Notes: a model not told the origin generated them from the sequence alone. A stretch of 64,000 nt of DNA from Candidatus Latescibacterota bacterium (GCA_965204745.1 OZ242010.1:4032001-4096000), one strand, 5' to 3'; numbered from the stretch's first letter, positions 29,616-39,842 are shown. Numbers and translations are program-made.

Positions 29616-30989
29616 ATGACACCCCCCGCACCGGCCGGTATGTTGCCCCTTGAACAACTCCGCGAACAAGTCGCGGCTGGGCACATCGACACGGTCCTCG
29701 CTGTCTTTCCCGATCTGTATGGCCGCCTGATAGGCAAGCGTATCAACGCCGAGTTTTTCCTCGAACAGACCGCATCCCAAGGCATGCACGCCTGCGACTA
29801 TTTGCTCACAGTCGATATGGAAATGGACGTGGTTGAGGGCTACGACTTTGCCAACTGGGAAAAGGGCTATGGCGATTTCCACTGCGTCCCCGATCTAAAC
29901 ACCCTCCGCCGCATCACTTGGCTCGACCGGTCGGCCCTCATTTTTTGCGATCTCGCCCATGAAGAAACCCACCAGCCCGTGGCCCAAGCGCCGCGTTCCA
30001 TGCTCAAAACCCAAATCCACCGCCTCGCGGACTTGGGCTTGAGTGCCATGGGCGGCTCTGAACTCGAATACTATTTGTTCAAGGATTCCTACGAGCAAGC
30101 CCACGCCAAACACTACGAAGACCTCGAGACTTTTGGGTGGTACATCGAGGATTATCACATCCTTCAAGGCACTCGCGAAGAGGGCATCAACGGGGCCGTG
30201 CGGCGGCACATGCACGCCAGCGGCATTCCCGTGGAATTTAGCAAGGGCGAATGGGGGCCGGGCCAGCACGAACTCAACCTGCGCTACGCCGAGGTCTTAG
30301 AAATGACCGACCGCCACGCCCTGTACAAGCACGGCTTCAAAGAGATCGCCCAGAGCCAGGGATTATCCGTCTCCTTCATGGCGAAGTGGCACGCGGACTT
30401 GGCCGGTTCCAGCATGCACTTGCACCTGAGTTTGTGGAATGGGGAAGGCCGCAATGCCTTTGTCGGCGAGCCCGAGCACTCCGATACCTTCCGCCATTTC
30501 TTGGGCGGCTGGATGGCCCACGCCCGCGCTATCGCCCCCTTTTACGCCCCCTATCCCAACTCGTACAAGCGTTACGCAGACCAGTCGTGGGCGCCCACCC
30601 GAATCGCTTGGAGCTATGATAACCGCACCGCTGGCTTCCGCATTGTGGGCCGCGGCCCTTCGCTGCGGATCGAATGCCGCCTGCCCGGCGCAGACGCCAA
30701 CCCGTACTTGGCCTATGCCGCGGCCCTGGCCGCTGGCCTCGACGGATTAAAAAATAAAATCGAGCCTCCGGCGCCCTTTAGCGGCGATGTGTACCAAGCC
30801 GACGAATTGCCCCGCGTACCGGCCAATCTGCGCGAGGCCACAGACGAATTGGAAGCCAGCGCCATGTTGCGCCGCGCCTTTGGCGACGAGGTGATCGACC
30901 ACTACGTCCACTTCTTCCGCACAGAACAGCGCAAATTCGACGAGGCTGTCACCACTTGGGAACGGGCGCGCTATTTTGAACGCGGGTAG
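29616..30989 (+). CDS. Glutamine synthetase family protein (gamma-glutamylating type)
   Basis: ELEYY, GEWGPGQHE, GSSMHLHLS, DNRTAGFR, IECRLPGADANPY; AGGAGG RBS. Confidence 0.9.
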   Translation: MTPPAPAGMLPLEQLREQVAAGHIDTVLAVFPDLYGRLIGKRINAEFFLEQTASQGMHACDYLLTVDMEMDVVEGYDFANWEKGYGDFHCVPDLNTLRRITWLDRSALIFCDLAHEETHQPVAQAPRSMLKTQIHRLADLGLSAMGGSELEYYLFKDSYEQAHAKHYEDLETFGWYIEDYHILQGTREEGINGAVRRHMHASGIPVEFSKGEWGPGQHELNLRYAEVLEMTDRHALYKHGFKEIAQSQGLSVSFMAKWHADLAGSSMHLHLSLWNGEGRNAFVGEPEHSDTFRHFLGGWMAHARAIAPFYAPYPNSYKRYADQSWAPTRIAWSYDNRTAGFRIVGRGPSLRIECRLPGADANPYLAYAAALAAGLDGLKNKIEPPAPFSGDVYQADELPRVPANLREATDELEASAMLRRAFGDEVIDHYVHFFRTEQRKFDEAVTTWERARYFERG

Positions 30990-31187
30990 AAAAATCTACG
31001 AATCGGCGGAATGAGGTACAACTGACCGATTCTCAGGTCAGTTCATCAGCGGTTAGCAATCAGCAATCCGTACAGGCATCGCCTTGGGGCGAATGGGCGG
31101 GGTGGACTTCTCCCCTCTCCCCTCTTGCTTCTTACTGAGCGGGGCGGTCAGGCGGGGACTGACCACTGATTTTATAGTTGGATGCGC

Positions 31188-31213
31188 GGACAGGCACGGG
31201 GGCCTGTCCCTAC
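31188..31213 (-). repeat. GTAG-type REP-like palindrome
   Basis: gtagggacaggcccccgtgcctgtcc; second copy at 38556..38581. Confidence 0.75.
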
Positions 31214-31329
31214 GGCGGGATGGATGGAGGGTGGGATTTGCGAATGAATTTGAGCAGTGGTTTGGTGGCCTGTCTGCGGATGGCGGGGTTGTCTCCCCTC
31301 TTGCCTCTTGCCTCTCCCCTCTCACGCCT

Positions 31330-31812
31330 CTAAGGCATCGCGACTTGCAAGAGTTCGTCGGCTTTGTGTGCGAGGTGCGTTTCGAGTTGGTGGCCGTCGC
31401 CCATCAGGTCTTGCAGGGTAATGCGGTCGAGCATCTGATCGACCACAACTTGGATGGCGTTCCAGAGGGTGCGAATGGAGCAGTTGACAGAATGTGTGCA
31501 ACACGCTTCATAGCCCGTGTGTTCGTCGCAAAAGTCGTCGTTGAAGAACGGGCCGCCGAGCGCGTCGAGCACGTCCGCGATCAGGATGTCGCGGGCAGGG
31601 CGCGCCAATTTGTACCCGCCGGCTTGACCGCGCACGCTTTTGACGAGGTTGCCAATTCGCAACAGGCGCACGAGTTTGCCCACATGCGCGGTGGACAAGC
31701 CTTCGGCGCGGCTGATTTCAGAGATCGCAATGCTCGTCCCGGTTTCGGATTCGCGTTGCGCGACTTGCAGGAGGCAACGCAGGCCGTATTCTTCTTGCGC
31801 GCTCAATTTCAT
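31330..31812 (-). CDS. Rrf2 family transcriptional regulator (suf-associated)
   Basis: EYGLRCLL, SVRGQAGGYKLAR, Cys-rich C-terminal half. Confidence 0.9.
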   Translation of the reverse strand: MKLSAQEEYGLRCLLQVAQRESETGTSIAISEISRAEGLSTAHVGKLVRLLRIGNLVKSVRGQAGGYKLARPARDILIADVLDALGGPFFNDDFCDEHTGYEACCTHSVNCSIRTLWNAIQVVVDQMLDRITLQDLMGDGHQLETHLAHKADELLQVAMP

Positions 31813-31836
31813 AAAAAACACCTTTCTAGTTTCGCG

Positions 31837-32466
31837 TCATTGCGCGATGGCCCGCCGAGACAACTCCAATGCCGCAGAAGCGCGTGCCGCCGCGAGCGCG
31901 AACCCAGGCCGAGATGGCTCCATGAAAGTGATGGCATCGTAAAAGTCGTCCAACGCGACAAACACCCCATTCTCCATTGCCCATCGGCGCATCCGCTGGT
32001 TGCAAGCATGTGCCCACGATAGGATTTCCACGCGCCAACCGCGTTTGTGCATGCGCTCTAAGGTGCTGTGAAAACCCGCGCCTTCCAAGTAGCCCGCGCC
32101 ATCGCCGGTTAGCAACACCACAATGCCGGGGTCGCCGTTGTAATCCAGCGCGTCTTCCAACATTCGCAACTGCAACACGCGGTCGGGCATTTCCTGTTCG
32201 CCGCGGTCTGGGCCACCTCGGTCAAACAACTGAACTTCCACGCCTCGGCTTTCCATCCGATTCCACAACTGGCGCATTTCAGGCGGCACAGAACCGGCGG
32301 CGAGTGCCTTTGCCAGTGGCCGGTCCGCACGCGCCAAGCGCAATAGGTTGTCGAAGTTCATCCGCACGCGATAACGGGCATCAGTGCCTCCATTGCGTTC
32401 TTCAGCGAGACGTTGCGCCTCGTGAAAAATGTTGGAATTATCCCAGTAGATGAAAACGCGGTCCAT
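31837..32466 (-). CDS. NYN domain protein (PIN-fold nuclease)
   Basis: IYWDNSNI, AGSVPP, LLTGDG, GWRVEILSW. Confidence 0.8.
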   Translation of the reverse strand: MDRVFIYWDNSNIFHEAQRLAEERNGGTDARYRVRMNFDNLLRLARADRPLAKALAAGSVPPEMRQLWNRMESRGVEVQLFDRGGPDRGEQEMPDRVLQLRMLEDALDYNGDPGIVVLLTGDGAGYLEGAGFHSTLERMHKRGWRVEILSWAHACNQRMRRWAMENGVFVALDDFYDAITFMEPSRPGFALAAARASAALELSRRAIAQ

Positions 32467-32493
32467 ATCGCATACCGTCCATTTATGCTTTCA

Positions 32494-33477
32494 ATGCGAA
32501 TTAAGAGTTGAATCCATCGCGTACTTGTCTTTTCTTGAGGGCTCAGTCATTTCACCCTTAAAGGAAGGAGCACGCGATGGATTGGCAAGATAAACTCATT
32601 CACTTGTATGTCTATATTTGTCAGCAGTATGACCAAAAGCATCTGTGGTTTTATACGGAACGCATGAGTAATAACGACACGCCGACCTTCACAGATGAAG
32701 AAGTGCTGACGATCTATTTGTTTGGGATCATGCAACAACACACGCAGATCAAGGCGATTTATACCTATACCAAGGATCATTTGTTCGACTGGTTTCCCCA
32801 TCTGCCCACTTATGCAGGCTATATCCAGCGGTTGAACCGCTTGTGTGTGGTCTTCGCCCCATTGATTGAACAGATCCAAAAGGACAGTCCCGCAACCGAT
32901 GTCTCTGAACACACCTACTTGGTGGATTCCATGCCGATTGTCATGGCACAATCGGCACGTAGCGGTCAGGCATGTGTGGCTGAAGAACAACTGGCCAACA
33001 AAGGCCGCTGCGCTTCCAAAAAGATGTGGTATTACGGCACTAAACTGCACATTGTCGCACAAGACCGAGCGAATGGCCTGCCCAAAGCAGAGTACATCGG
33101 CTTGACAGGCGCAGCAGAGCATGACCTGACCGCTTTGCGACAAGTCTTACCCGTTTTGCGGGATGGACACCTCTACGGCGATAAAATCTACGCCGATCAG
33201 CCCTTAAAAGACACGCTTAGCAAACAGCAGAACCTGATCTTCGAGACGCCGGTGAAGCGAAAAAAGGGGCAAGAAAGCCTGACCGAGGCCGAAAAAGACT
33301 TTTCTCGGGCGGTTTCGAGCATGCGACAGCCTATAGAGGCCTTGTTCAGTTGGATTGAACGAAAGACGAACATCTCGATGGCGTCTCGGGTACGATCCTA
33401 TGAGGGCTTACTCGTTCATGTCTTTGGGCGATTGACCGCGGCTTGCTTCTTACTCGCTTTCTACTCTTAATTCGCAT
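32494..33477 (+). mobile_element. IS982-like insertion sequence
   Basis: IRs atgcgaattaagagttgaa / ttctactcttaattcgcat (18/19); TTTCA duplicated at 32489-32493 and 33478-33482. Confidence 0.9.
32577..33470 (+). CDS. IS982 family DDE transposase
   Basis: LVDSMPI, YYGTKLH, GDKIY, RQPIEALFS. Confidence 0.88.
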   Translation: MDWQDKLIHLYVYICQQYDQKHLWFYTERMSNNDTPTFTDEEVLTIYLFGIMQQHTQIKAIYTYTKDHLFDWFPHLPTYAGYIQRLNRLCVVFAPLIEQIQKDSPATDVSEHTYLVDSMPIVMAQSARSGQACVAEEQLANKGRCASKKMWYYGTKLHIVAQDRANGLPKAEYIGLTGAAEHDLTALRQVLPVLRDGHLYGDKIYADQPLKDTLSKQQNLIFETPVKRKKGQESLTEAEKDFSRAVSSMRQPIEALFSWIERKTNISMASRVRSYEGLLVHVFGRLTAACFLLAFYS

Positions 33478-35043
33478 TTTCAGATGAAATATCGTTTCGG
33501 AATACGCCGAACCCCTGTTTTTCTCCGTGCGATTTAGGACGGGGCGTTTGTGCTGGTTGACGATTTGCATCCCCGCTTTTTCCGCGATGGTCGGGTACAT
33601 GTCGAACTTGTCATTTGCCACGAGAAACACATCGTAATTTTCTGCCAAAAACCGCTTGCAATTCTTTAAGACCTCCGACACGCCTCGAATGTACGATGCT
33701 CTGGCCTCTTTCCCCTTTCCCTTGAACAGAGGGCCGATCTCCCATTCATCTCGTCTGTCAAAATCGAACAAGTCGTAGGCATAGGCGTGTTGTTCGTGGT
33801 AGTTGATCAAACCGACATAAGGCGGACTTGAAAAGATGCCCTTAACCCGTTGTCTTTCTGCGCGTTCCGCGAGGCGCGGGTCGGCCTGTCTGATGGCCGC
33901 AAAAATGTCGATGGTGCGAGAATCCCCGGTCAAGCAGTGCTGAAACGTGTCCGTTTTTACCCGTCTAAACGCATCCCATCGCTGTACGCTATCCTCGCAG
34001 TATCGCTCCCACCAACCCAAAATGGAAAACAGCGGTTTGCAGATTTTCCCGTGTTTTCGGCAATAATAGGTCGTCGTCATCGGTTTTTTTAAGGTGCCCA
34101 AATCCGCATGGGTTGTGGCCCGGCACGAGCGGATGGTGCGGCTCAAAATCAGCATCAGCGCCTTTTGGATCGCCTCATCTGCGACTTGCCGAATCATGGT
34201 GTGGACAAAAACGATCTCCGCCCGAACGCACGGCAGATACCAATGTCGCATGAAGCAGGACGAGTCCGCAGACATCCGCAAATCGATTCGGTGCTCCGCA
34301 ACGAGTTGGCGATACGTTTTCAGAAAGGCGGCTTCCTTCTCACTACCGTAGCTCTTCTGATCGATCTGCTCGGTTTTGACCCTGTGTTTGAAAGCGACAG
34401 AAAAATACGCTACGTTGAAGGCCGCGAGTTGTTCCGCGAGTTTGGATTCAAAGGTCGTGATGCCTGAGCGGGATACAAAATTTTTTAGGGCGGTTGTAAT
34501 CTTCCAGCTTTCGGCGTATAACGCGCCCAAATTGTAATCCGCGACTTTGGCATTGCCGATCAAAGCGTTGAAAGCCGAAATATCAATGCCAATCGCGTGT
34601 ATGCCCAACTCGTTGGCTTGAACCAGTGTGGTCCCACTCCCACAAAAGGGGTCGAGAACGATATCCCGCGGCTCAAAATAGGTGTCCCGCTTAAAGTCAT
34701 CCGTGTGATCGTCCAAGAAGTATTCGACCAGTTGGGGGATGAATTTGCCTTTGTACGGGTGCAACCGGTGTACGTGCTTTGTGGTTTCCGCTTCTTTGAC
34801 CTCTTCAAAGGAAAGATGCCAATTCAAGTCGCTACCGAGTTGTTCTTTCCACCGGGCCTCTCTGCGCTTTTGGTGCGCGGCATAGTACGCGATCAAACTG
34901 TCTTTGGGAATGAACTTGACGCCGTTATTGACGACGCATTTGATCCGCGCGTACTGAATCAAATACGAAATATTGGAAGGCGTCACGTTTTTATTTGCGT
35001 ATTCCGACGCCCATTCGCTCGCCTGTTTCAGCGTCAAGAGCAT
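33346..35043 (-). CDS. Site-specific DNA methyltransferase (probably N4-cytosine); C-terminal tail derived from the IS
   Basis: HPYKGKF, VLDPFCGSGTT, SSPPY; N-terminal HTH-like segment. Confidence 0.85.
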   Translation of the reverse strand: MLLTLKQASEWASEYANKNVTPSNISYLIQYARIKCVVNNGVKFIPKDSLIAYYAAHQKRREARWKEQLGSDLNWHLSFEEVKEAETTKHVHRLHPYKGKFIPQLVEYFLDDHTDDFKRDTYFEPRDIVLDPFCGSGTTLVQANELGIHAIGIDISAFNALIGNAKVADYNLGALYAESWKITTALKNFVSRSGITTFESKLAEQLAAFNVAYFSVAFKHRVKTEQIDQKSYGSEKEAAFLKTYRQLVAEHRIDLRMSADSSCFMRHWYLPCVRAEIVFVHTMIRQVADEAIQKALMLILSRTIRSCRATTHADLGTLKKPMTTTYYCRKHGKICKPLFSILGWWERYCEDSVQRWDAFRRVKTDTFQHCLTGDSRTIDIFAAIRQADPRLAERAERQRVKGIFSSPPYVGLINYHEQHAYAYDLFDFDRRDEWEIGPLFKGKGKEARASYIRGVSEVLKNCKRFLAENYDVFLVANDKFDMYPTIAEKAGMQIVNQHKRPVLNRTEKNRGSAYSETIFHLKMRIKSRKRVRSKPRSIAQRHERVSPHRIVPETPSRCSSFVQSN

Positions 35044-35088
35044 TGTTTTCCCTTTCGAGATGAAACACGGATGCCGCGAATGCCACAC

Positions 35089-35502
35089 TCAAAACATCCC
35101 CAACTCGAGTTTGGCCGCCTCCGACATGCGCTCTGGCGTCCAAGGGGGGTCAAAGACGAGATCGAGTTTGACATCGTACACCCCTTTGACTGATCTGGCC
35201 GCGGATTCGACTTGCCCGGGCAAAATGCCCGCGGCCGGGCAGTTGGGCGCGGTCAGGGTCATGAGAACGGCTGTATTGCCGTCTTCTTCCACTTTGATGT
35301 CGTAGATGAGGCCGAGTTCGTAAATATCCACCGGGATTTCTGGATCGTACACGGTTTTGAGGGCCTTCACGATGTCTTCCTTAACCGCATCCGTGTCGAT
35401 AGGGCCTTGGGGCGTGGGCTTTGGCGGGGCTTCGATATTGTGAATTTCCCCTGCGGGCGTTTCGGAGGCATCGTCTTTGCGAAAAATGTTCAGAAAACTC
35501 AT
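35089..35502 (-). CDS. sufT: SUF system DUF59 protein (SufT-like)
   Basis: YDPEIPVDIYELGL, MTLTAPNCP, PPW. Confidence 0.85.
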   Translation of the reverse strand: MSFLNIFRKDDASETPAGEIHNIEAPPKPTPQGPIDTDAVKEDIVKALKTVYDPEIPVDIYELGLIYDIKVEEDGNTAVLMTLTAPNCPAAGILPGQVESAARSVKGVYDVKLDLVFDPPWTPERMSEAAKLELGMF

Positions 35503-35948
35503 GGGCATCTCTCTGTGGTTACGGGTGTGTGGGCATTTTCAATGGCGGCGCGGAGCGCGTGCCACGATAGGGTCGCGCACTTGACGCGGGTGGGATAGGC
35601 GCGCAAACTCGCAAAAACCGATAATTTGCCGAGGTCTGGCGCGCTGGTCGGATCCGTGAGCATCGCCTGAAAGCCCTTGAAATAGGCTGCGGATTCGCCG
35701 AGGGTTTTGCCTTGAACGGCTTCGGTCATCAACGAAGCAGACGCTTTGGAAATCGCGCATCCGGACCCCTGAAAGCCAATCGCTGCAATGCGGTCATCCT
35801 CAAGTTGGAGATAGATCTGCACCCTATCGCCGCACAGGGGGTTGTGGCCCTCGGCATAGCGATCCGCGGGATCGAGGGCGCGAAAATTTCTGGGATTTTT
35901 GTTGTGATCCAGAATGAGTTGCTGGTAGAGTTCGCGCAAATCGGCCAT
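35499..35948 (-). CDS. sufU: SUF system NifU-like protein
   Basis: LYQQLILDH, NPLCGD, GCAISKASAS, RVKCATL. Confidence 0.93.
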   Translation of the reverse strand: MADLRELYQQLILDHNKNPRNFRALDPADRYAEGHNPLCGDRVQIYLQLEDDRIAAIGFQGSGCAISKASASLMTEAVQGKTLGESAAYFKGFQAMLTDPTSAPDLGKLSVFASLRAYPTRVKCATLSWHALRAAIENAHTPVTTERCP

Positions 35949-37228
35949 CAGCCAAACACCTCTCGCACTTTGTAAAGCCCGGCCACGAGCGCGTCAATGT
36001 CTTCGCGCGTGTTGTAAAACGCCAGCGAAGCGCGCGTGGTCGCGGGGATGTCGTAGTGCTTCATAATGGGTTGGGCGCAGTGGTGCCCGGCGCGCACGGC
36101 AACGCCGGCAAGATCGAGAATCGTGCCCACGTCGTGGGGGTGAATGTCGGACAGGACAAACGAGAGCACGCCCACCTTGCGTTCTGCGGCGCCGATCAGT
36201 TTGAGGCCCGGCACTTCGCGCAGGGCCGCGTGGGCGTACTCCAAGAGCTGGGTTTCGTATCGCGCCGCGCCGTCAAAGTCGATGCTGTTGAGGTAGTCGA
36301 TAGCCGCGCCCAAGCCAATGCTACCCGCGATATTGGGCGTGCCGGCTTCAAACTTGTTGGGCAAGTCCGCGTACGTGATCTCGTCAAAATCCACCTGCTG
36401 GATCATGCTGCCCCCGCCGTGGTAGGGCGGCATGGCGTCGAGGAGCGTTTCCCTGCCGTAGAGCACGCCAATGCCGGTGGGGGCGAACATTTTGTGCCCG
36501 GAAAACGTGTAGAAATCGCAGCCGATGGCCTGCACATCCACGCGCTGATGGGGCACGGCTTGCGCCCCGTCGATGTGTACGGGCACGCCATGTTCATGCG
36601 CGATGCGCGCGATTTCTGTCGCGGGATTGACCGTGCCGAGCACGTTGGAAATGTGGACGAAGGACACGAGTTTTGTGCGCGGCGAGAACAGGGTTTGATA
36701 CGCATCCAAACGGAGTTCGCCCCGGTCGTTCATGGGAATGACGCGCAATGTCGCGCCCTTTTCCCGGCAGAGCATCCACCACGGCACGATGTTGGAATGG
36801 TGCTCCATCTCGCTGACGATGATTTCATCGCCCGCGCCAATTTGCACGCGCCCAAAGGTTTGCGCGATGAGATTGATGCCCTCGGTGGTGCCACGCACAA
36901 AAACGATCTCCCGATCTGAGGCCGCGTTGATGAAGGTTGCGACTTTTCTCCTTGCGGCTTCGTACGCGTCGGTCGCAACCTGCGAGAGGTGGTGGACGCC
37001 GCGATGCACATTGGCATTTTGCGTTGCGTAATACTGCGAGAGCGCGTCGATGACCGCACGGGGTTTTTGCGCGGTGGCGCCGTTGTCCAAGTACACGAGC
37101 GGCCGGCCCTGCACGCGTTCGCCCAAAATGGGAAAATCTGCGCGAATGCGGCGCACGTCAAAGGGAAGGGGCGTGCGTGCGACAGGCTCGGGCGGTTGCA
37201 GGGTGAGGATGTCGAAGGGCGCGTTCAT
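35948..37228 (-). CDS. sufS: Cysteine desulfurase
   Basis: YLDNGAT, SGHKMFAPTG, FEAGTPN, RAGHHCAQP. Confidence 0.95.
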   Translation of the reverse strand: MNAPFDILTLQPPEPVARTPLPFDVRRIRADFPILGERVQGRPLVYLDNGATAQKPRAVIDALSQYYATQNANVHRGVHHLSQVATDAYEAARRKVATFINAASDREIVFVRGTTEGINLIAQTFGRVQIGAGDEIIVSEMEHHSNIVPWWMLCREKGATLRVIPMNDRGELRLDAYQTLFSPRTKLVSFVHISNVLGTVNPATEIARIAHEHGVPVHIDGAQAVPHQRVDVQAIGCDFYTFSGHKMFAPTGIGVLYGRETLLDAMPPYHGGGSMIQQVDFDEITYADLPNKFEAGTPNIAGSIGLGAAIDYLNSIDFDGAARYETQLLEYAHAALREVPGLKLIGAAERKVGVLSFVLSDIHPHDVGTILDLAGVAVRAGHHCAQPIMKHYDIPATTRASLAFYNTREDIDALVAGLYKVREVFG

Positions 37229-38520
37229 GCCATGTCCTCTGCGTAGATGTGGGCGAGGCGCGCGTCGATCAACGCGTTTAGATGGGCGCGCACGGGCTCG
37301 AGGGCCACGCGCCCGACGACCTCATCGGCAAATGCGCGCAATAAAATGCGCCGCGCCTCGGCTTTGGGGATGCCCCGCGCTTGGAGGTAAAAGAGGGCGT
37401 TTTCGTCGAGTTGCCCGATCGTCGCGCCGTGCGAACACTTGACCTCGTCCGCGTAGATTTCGAGTTGCGGTTTGGCATTGACCCGCGCATTGTCCGAGAG
37501 CAAGATATTTTCGTTTTGTTGGTAAGCGTCCGTGTGTTGCGCCTTTTGGTGGACGTGGATTTTCCCCCGAAAAATGGCGCGCGCGGACCCGCCCAAAATC
37601 CCCTTGTACAACTCGTGGCTGGGGCAATGGGGCGCGGCGTGTTCGAGCAGGGTGTAATTATCGACGTGTTGCGACCCGTTGAGCACGTAACAACCGTTGA
37701 CCGTGGCCTCGCCGCCTTCGCCGCGCAAGTACGCGCTGATGTCGTGGCGCACAAATGCCCCGCCCAAGGTAAAATCGTGTAAGGTCAACCGACTGTTGCG
37801 CCCGAGTTCGGCCTGATAATTGGCGATGTGCAATGCGTCTTCGCCTTGCGAGCCGAGGCGGATGTGATCCACTATGGCATTGTCGCGGGCGATGATTTCC
37901 GTCACCGCATTGGCAAAATAGACGCCGGCATCGATTCCGGCATGCGTTTCGACGAGTGAGAGTTGGCTGTTCTCTTCCGCGATGATCAAGGCGCGCGGAT
38001 GCGACAGGGTGGGCACTCCTGAAGCCGTTGTGAGAAAGAGGAGGTGGATGGGTGTTTCAACCGCGACATTGCGGGCGATGTGGATAAACGCGCCGTCGCG
38101 CATGAAGGCCGTGTTGAGGGCGGTAAATGGCAGAGCCGCGCTTTGTGCGAGCGTGCCCAACCGCGCATTGACGAGCGCGTGGTCATAGACATCGGGCAGA
38201 TTGGCGACAGTCACGCCCTCGGGCAACGCGGATGCAACCCCCGGCGCGTAGTGCCCGTTGACAAAGACGACTCGGATGCCCGGCATGTCCGGATAGATGA
38301 ACGGGGCCATGTCCGCATCGGACACGGAAACGGGAGCACCCGGCTGAAAATCGTGCGCGGTGATCGCGGCCAGGTTCACGCTTTTCCACGCTTCGTCCGC
38401 GGTGGTGGGATAGCCCAACCGCGCAAAATCGACCATTGCCCGCTCGCGCAAGGCCCGAGGGGATCGCCCGTTGCGCGCGGTTTCAAATTTCCGAATCCAA
38501 GATGTGTGATCAGTTGCCAT
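37225..38520 (-). CDS. sufD: Fe-S assembly protein SufD
   Basis: KPQLEIYADEVKCSHGATIG, FYLQARGI. Confidence 0.94.
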   Translation of the reverse strand: MATDHTSWIRKFETARNGRSPRALRERAMVDFARLGYPTTADEAWKSVNLAAITAHDFQPGAPVSVSDADMAPFIYPDMPGIRVVFVNGHYAPGVASALPEGVTVANLPDVYDHALVNARLGTLAQSAALPFTALNTAFMRDGAFIHIARNVAVETPIHLLFLTTASGVPTLSHPRALIIAEENSQLSLVETHAGIDAGVYFANAVTEIIARDNAIVDHIRLGSQGEDALHIANYQAELGRNSRLTLHDFTLGGAFVRHDISAYLRGEGGEATVNGCYVLNGSQHVDNYTLLEHAAPHCPSHELYKGILGGSARAIFRGKIHVHQKAQHTDAYQQNENILLSDNARVNAKPQLEIYADEVKCSHGATIGQLDENALFYLQARGIPKAEARRILLRAFADEVVGRVALEPVRAHLNALIDARLAHIYAEDMA

Positions 38521-38555
38521 GGGTCGCATTTCCTTAAAGAAGCTATCGGATGTGA

Positions 38556-38581
38556 GGACAGGCACAGGGGCCTGTCCCTAC
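38556..38581 (-). repeat. GTAG-type REP-like palindrome
   Basis: gtagggacaggcccctgtgcctgtcc; 25/26 identical to 31188..31213. Confidence 0.75.
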
Positions 38582-39056
38582 GGGGTTGGACGGACTGCCG
38601 ACCACTTAGGGGCGGCTTTGGGGTCGCCTTCTCCCTTCTTATACCAAATTGAATTGCTGTTGTCCTAATGCGATGCGATATGCTATCAGCCAGTGCTCCT
38701 CTTGACACTCCGCAGTCATTCAGAGAAGCCATTGCAAAAATGCCCTCGCAAAAGCCCATCCGCTAAAGCCATCACGCACAGCGCGCAAGTCCATTGGCAA
38801 CCCACATTTATGTTGCAACCCACCTTGCAGGCTGGCGCATATCGTACTGCTACAAAAGCGATTTGCGCTGTGCAAGCCCCTCGGCGTTTGAGAGCGGCAT
38901 TTTTTGCTTACTTTTTTTTGCTGTTGAAAAAAAGTAAGTCGCCGAAGGCATCGAAGGCAACAAACAATGCTTTAGGGCCAAACGCTTGAGGCAAGATCTG
39001 AGCGGTTTTGGGGTCGCCTTCTCACCTCTCCCTTCTTACGTCTCACGCCTTCCTTC

Positions 39057-39842
39057 TCACCTCTCCCATCTCATCTCTCCCGCCTTTCGTCTTGCCTCTC
39101 CCGCCTCTTTGATCCAGTCATATCCCTTTTCTTCCAATTCCAAGGCCAGGGTTTTGTCGCCGGATTGCACAATGCGCCCGTCGAGCATCACATGCACCAC
39201 GTCGGGCACGATGTCGTTGAGCAACCGCTGGTAGTGCGTCACCACAATGGTCGCTTTGTCCGCGCCGTGCAGGGTGTTGACCCCGTTGGCAACCACGCGC
39301 AGTGCGTCGATGTCGAGGCCGGAGTCGGTCTCGTCGAGAATGGCGAGCCGGGGTTCCAAGACCGCCAGTTGCAAAATTTCATGGCGTTTTTTTTCCCCGC
39401 CGGAAAAGCCTTCGTTGACCGGGCGATTGAGAAATTTTTCGTCCATCTCGACCAGTTTGAGTTTGTCCCGAATCAGGGCGAGAAAGTCAAACGCATCGAT
39501 CTCGTCTTCTGCTCTCGCTTTGCGAATGGCGTTGAGGGCCGTCCGCAGAAAGTACGCGCTGTTCACGCCGGGGATTTCCACCGGATATTGAAACGCGAGA
39601 AACACGCCCTGCGCCGCGCGTTCATCCGGGGCCATGTCGAGCAGGTCTTCGCCCTGATAGATGACGTCGCCCGCCGTGACGCAATACGCTTCGTGACCCG
39701 CGAGCACCTGCGCCAACGTGCTCTTGCCCGATCCGTTGGGCCCCATAATGGCGTGGGTTTCGCCCGCATTGACCGCGAGATCGATGCCGTGCAAAATCTC
39801 TGCCCCCTCCACACCTGCATGCAAATTCCGAATTTCCAACAT
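39057..39842 (-). CDS. sufC: Fe-S assembly ATPase SufC
   Basis: MGPNGSGKST, GFSGGEKK, LDETDSGLDID, THYQRLL. Confidence 0.96.
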   Translation of the reverse strand: MLEIRNLHAGVEGAEILHGIDLAVNAGETHAIMGPNGSGKSTLAQVLAGHEAYCVTAGDVIYQGEDLLDMAPDERAAQGVFLAFQYPVEIPGVNSAYFLRTALNAIRKARAEDEIDAFDFLALIRDKLKLVEMDEKFLNRPVNEGFSGGEKKRHEILQLAVLEPRLAILDETDSGLDIDALRVVANGVNTLHGADKATIVVTHYQRLLNDIVPDVVHVMLDGRIVQSGDKTLALELEEKGYDWIKEAGEARRKAGEMRWER

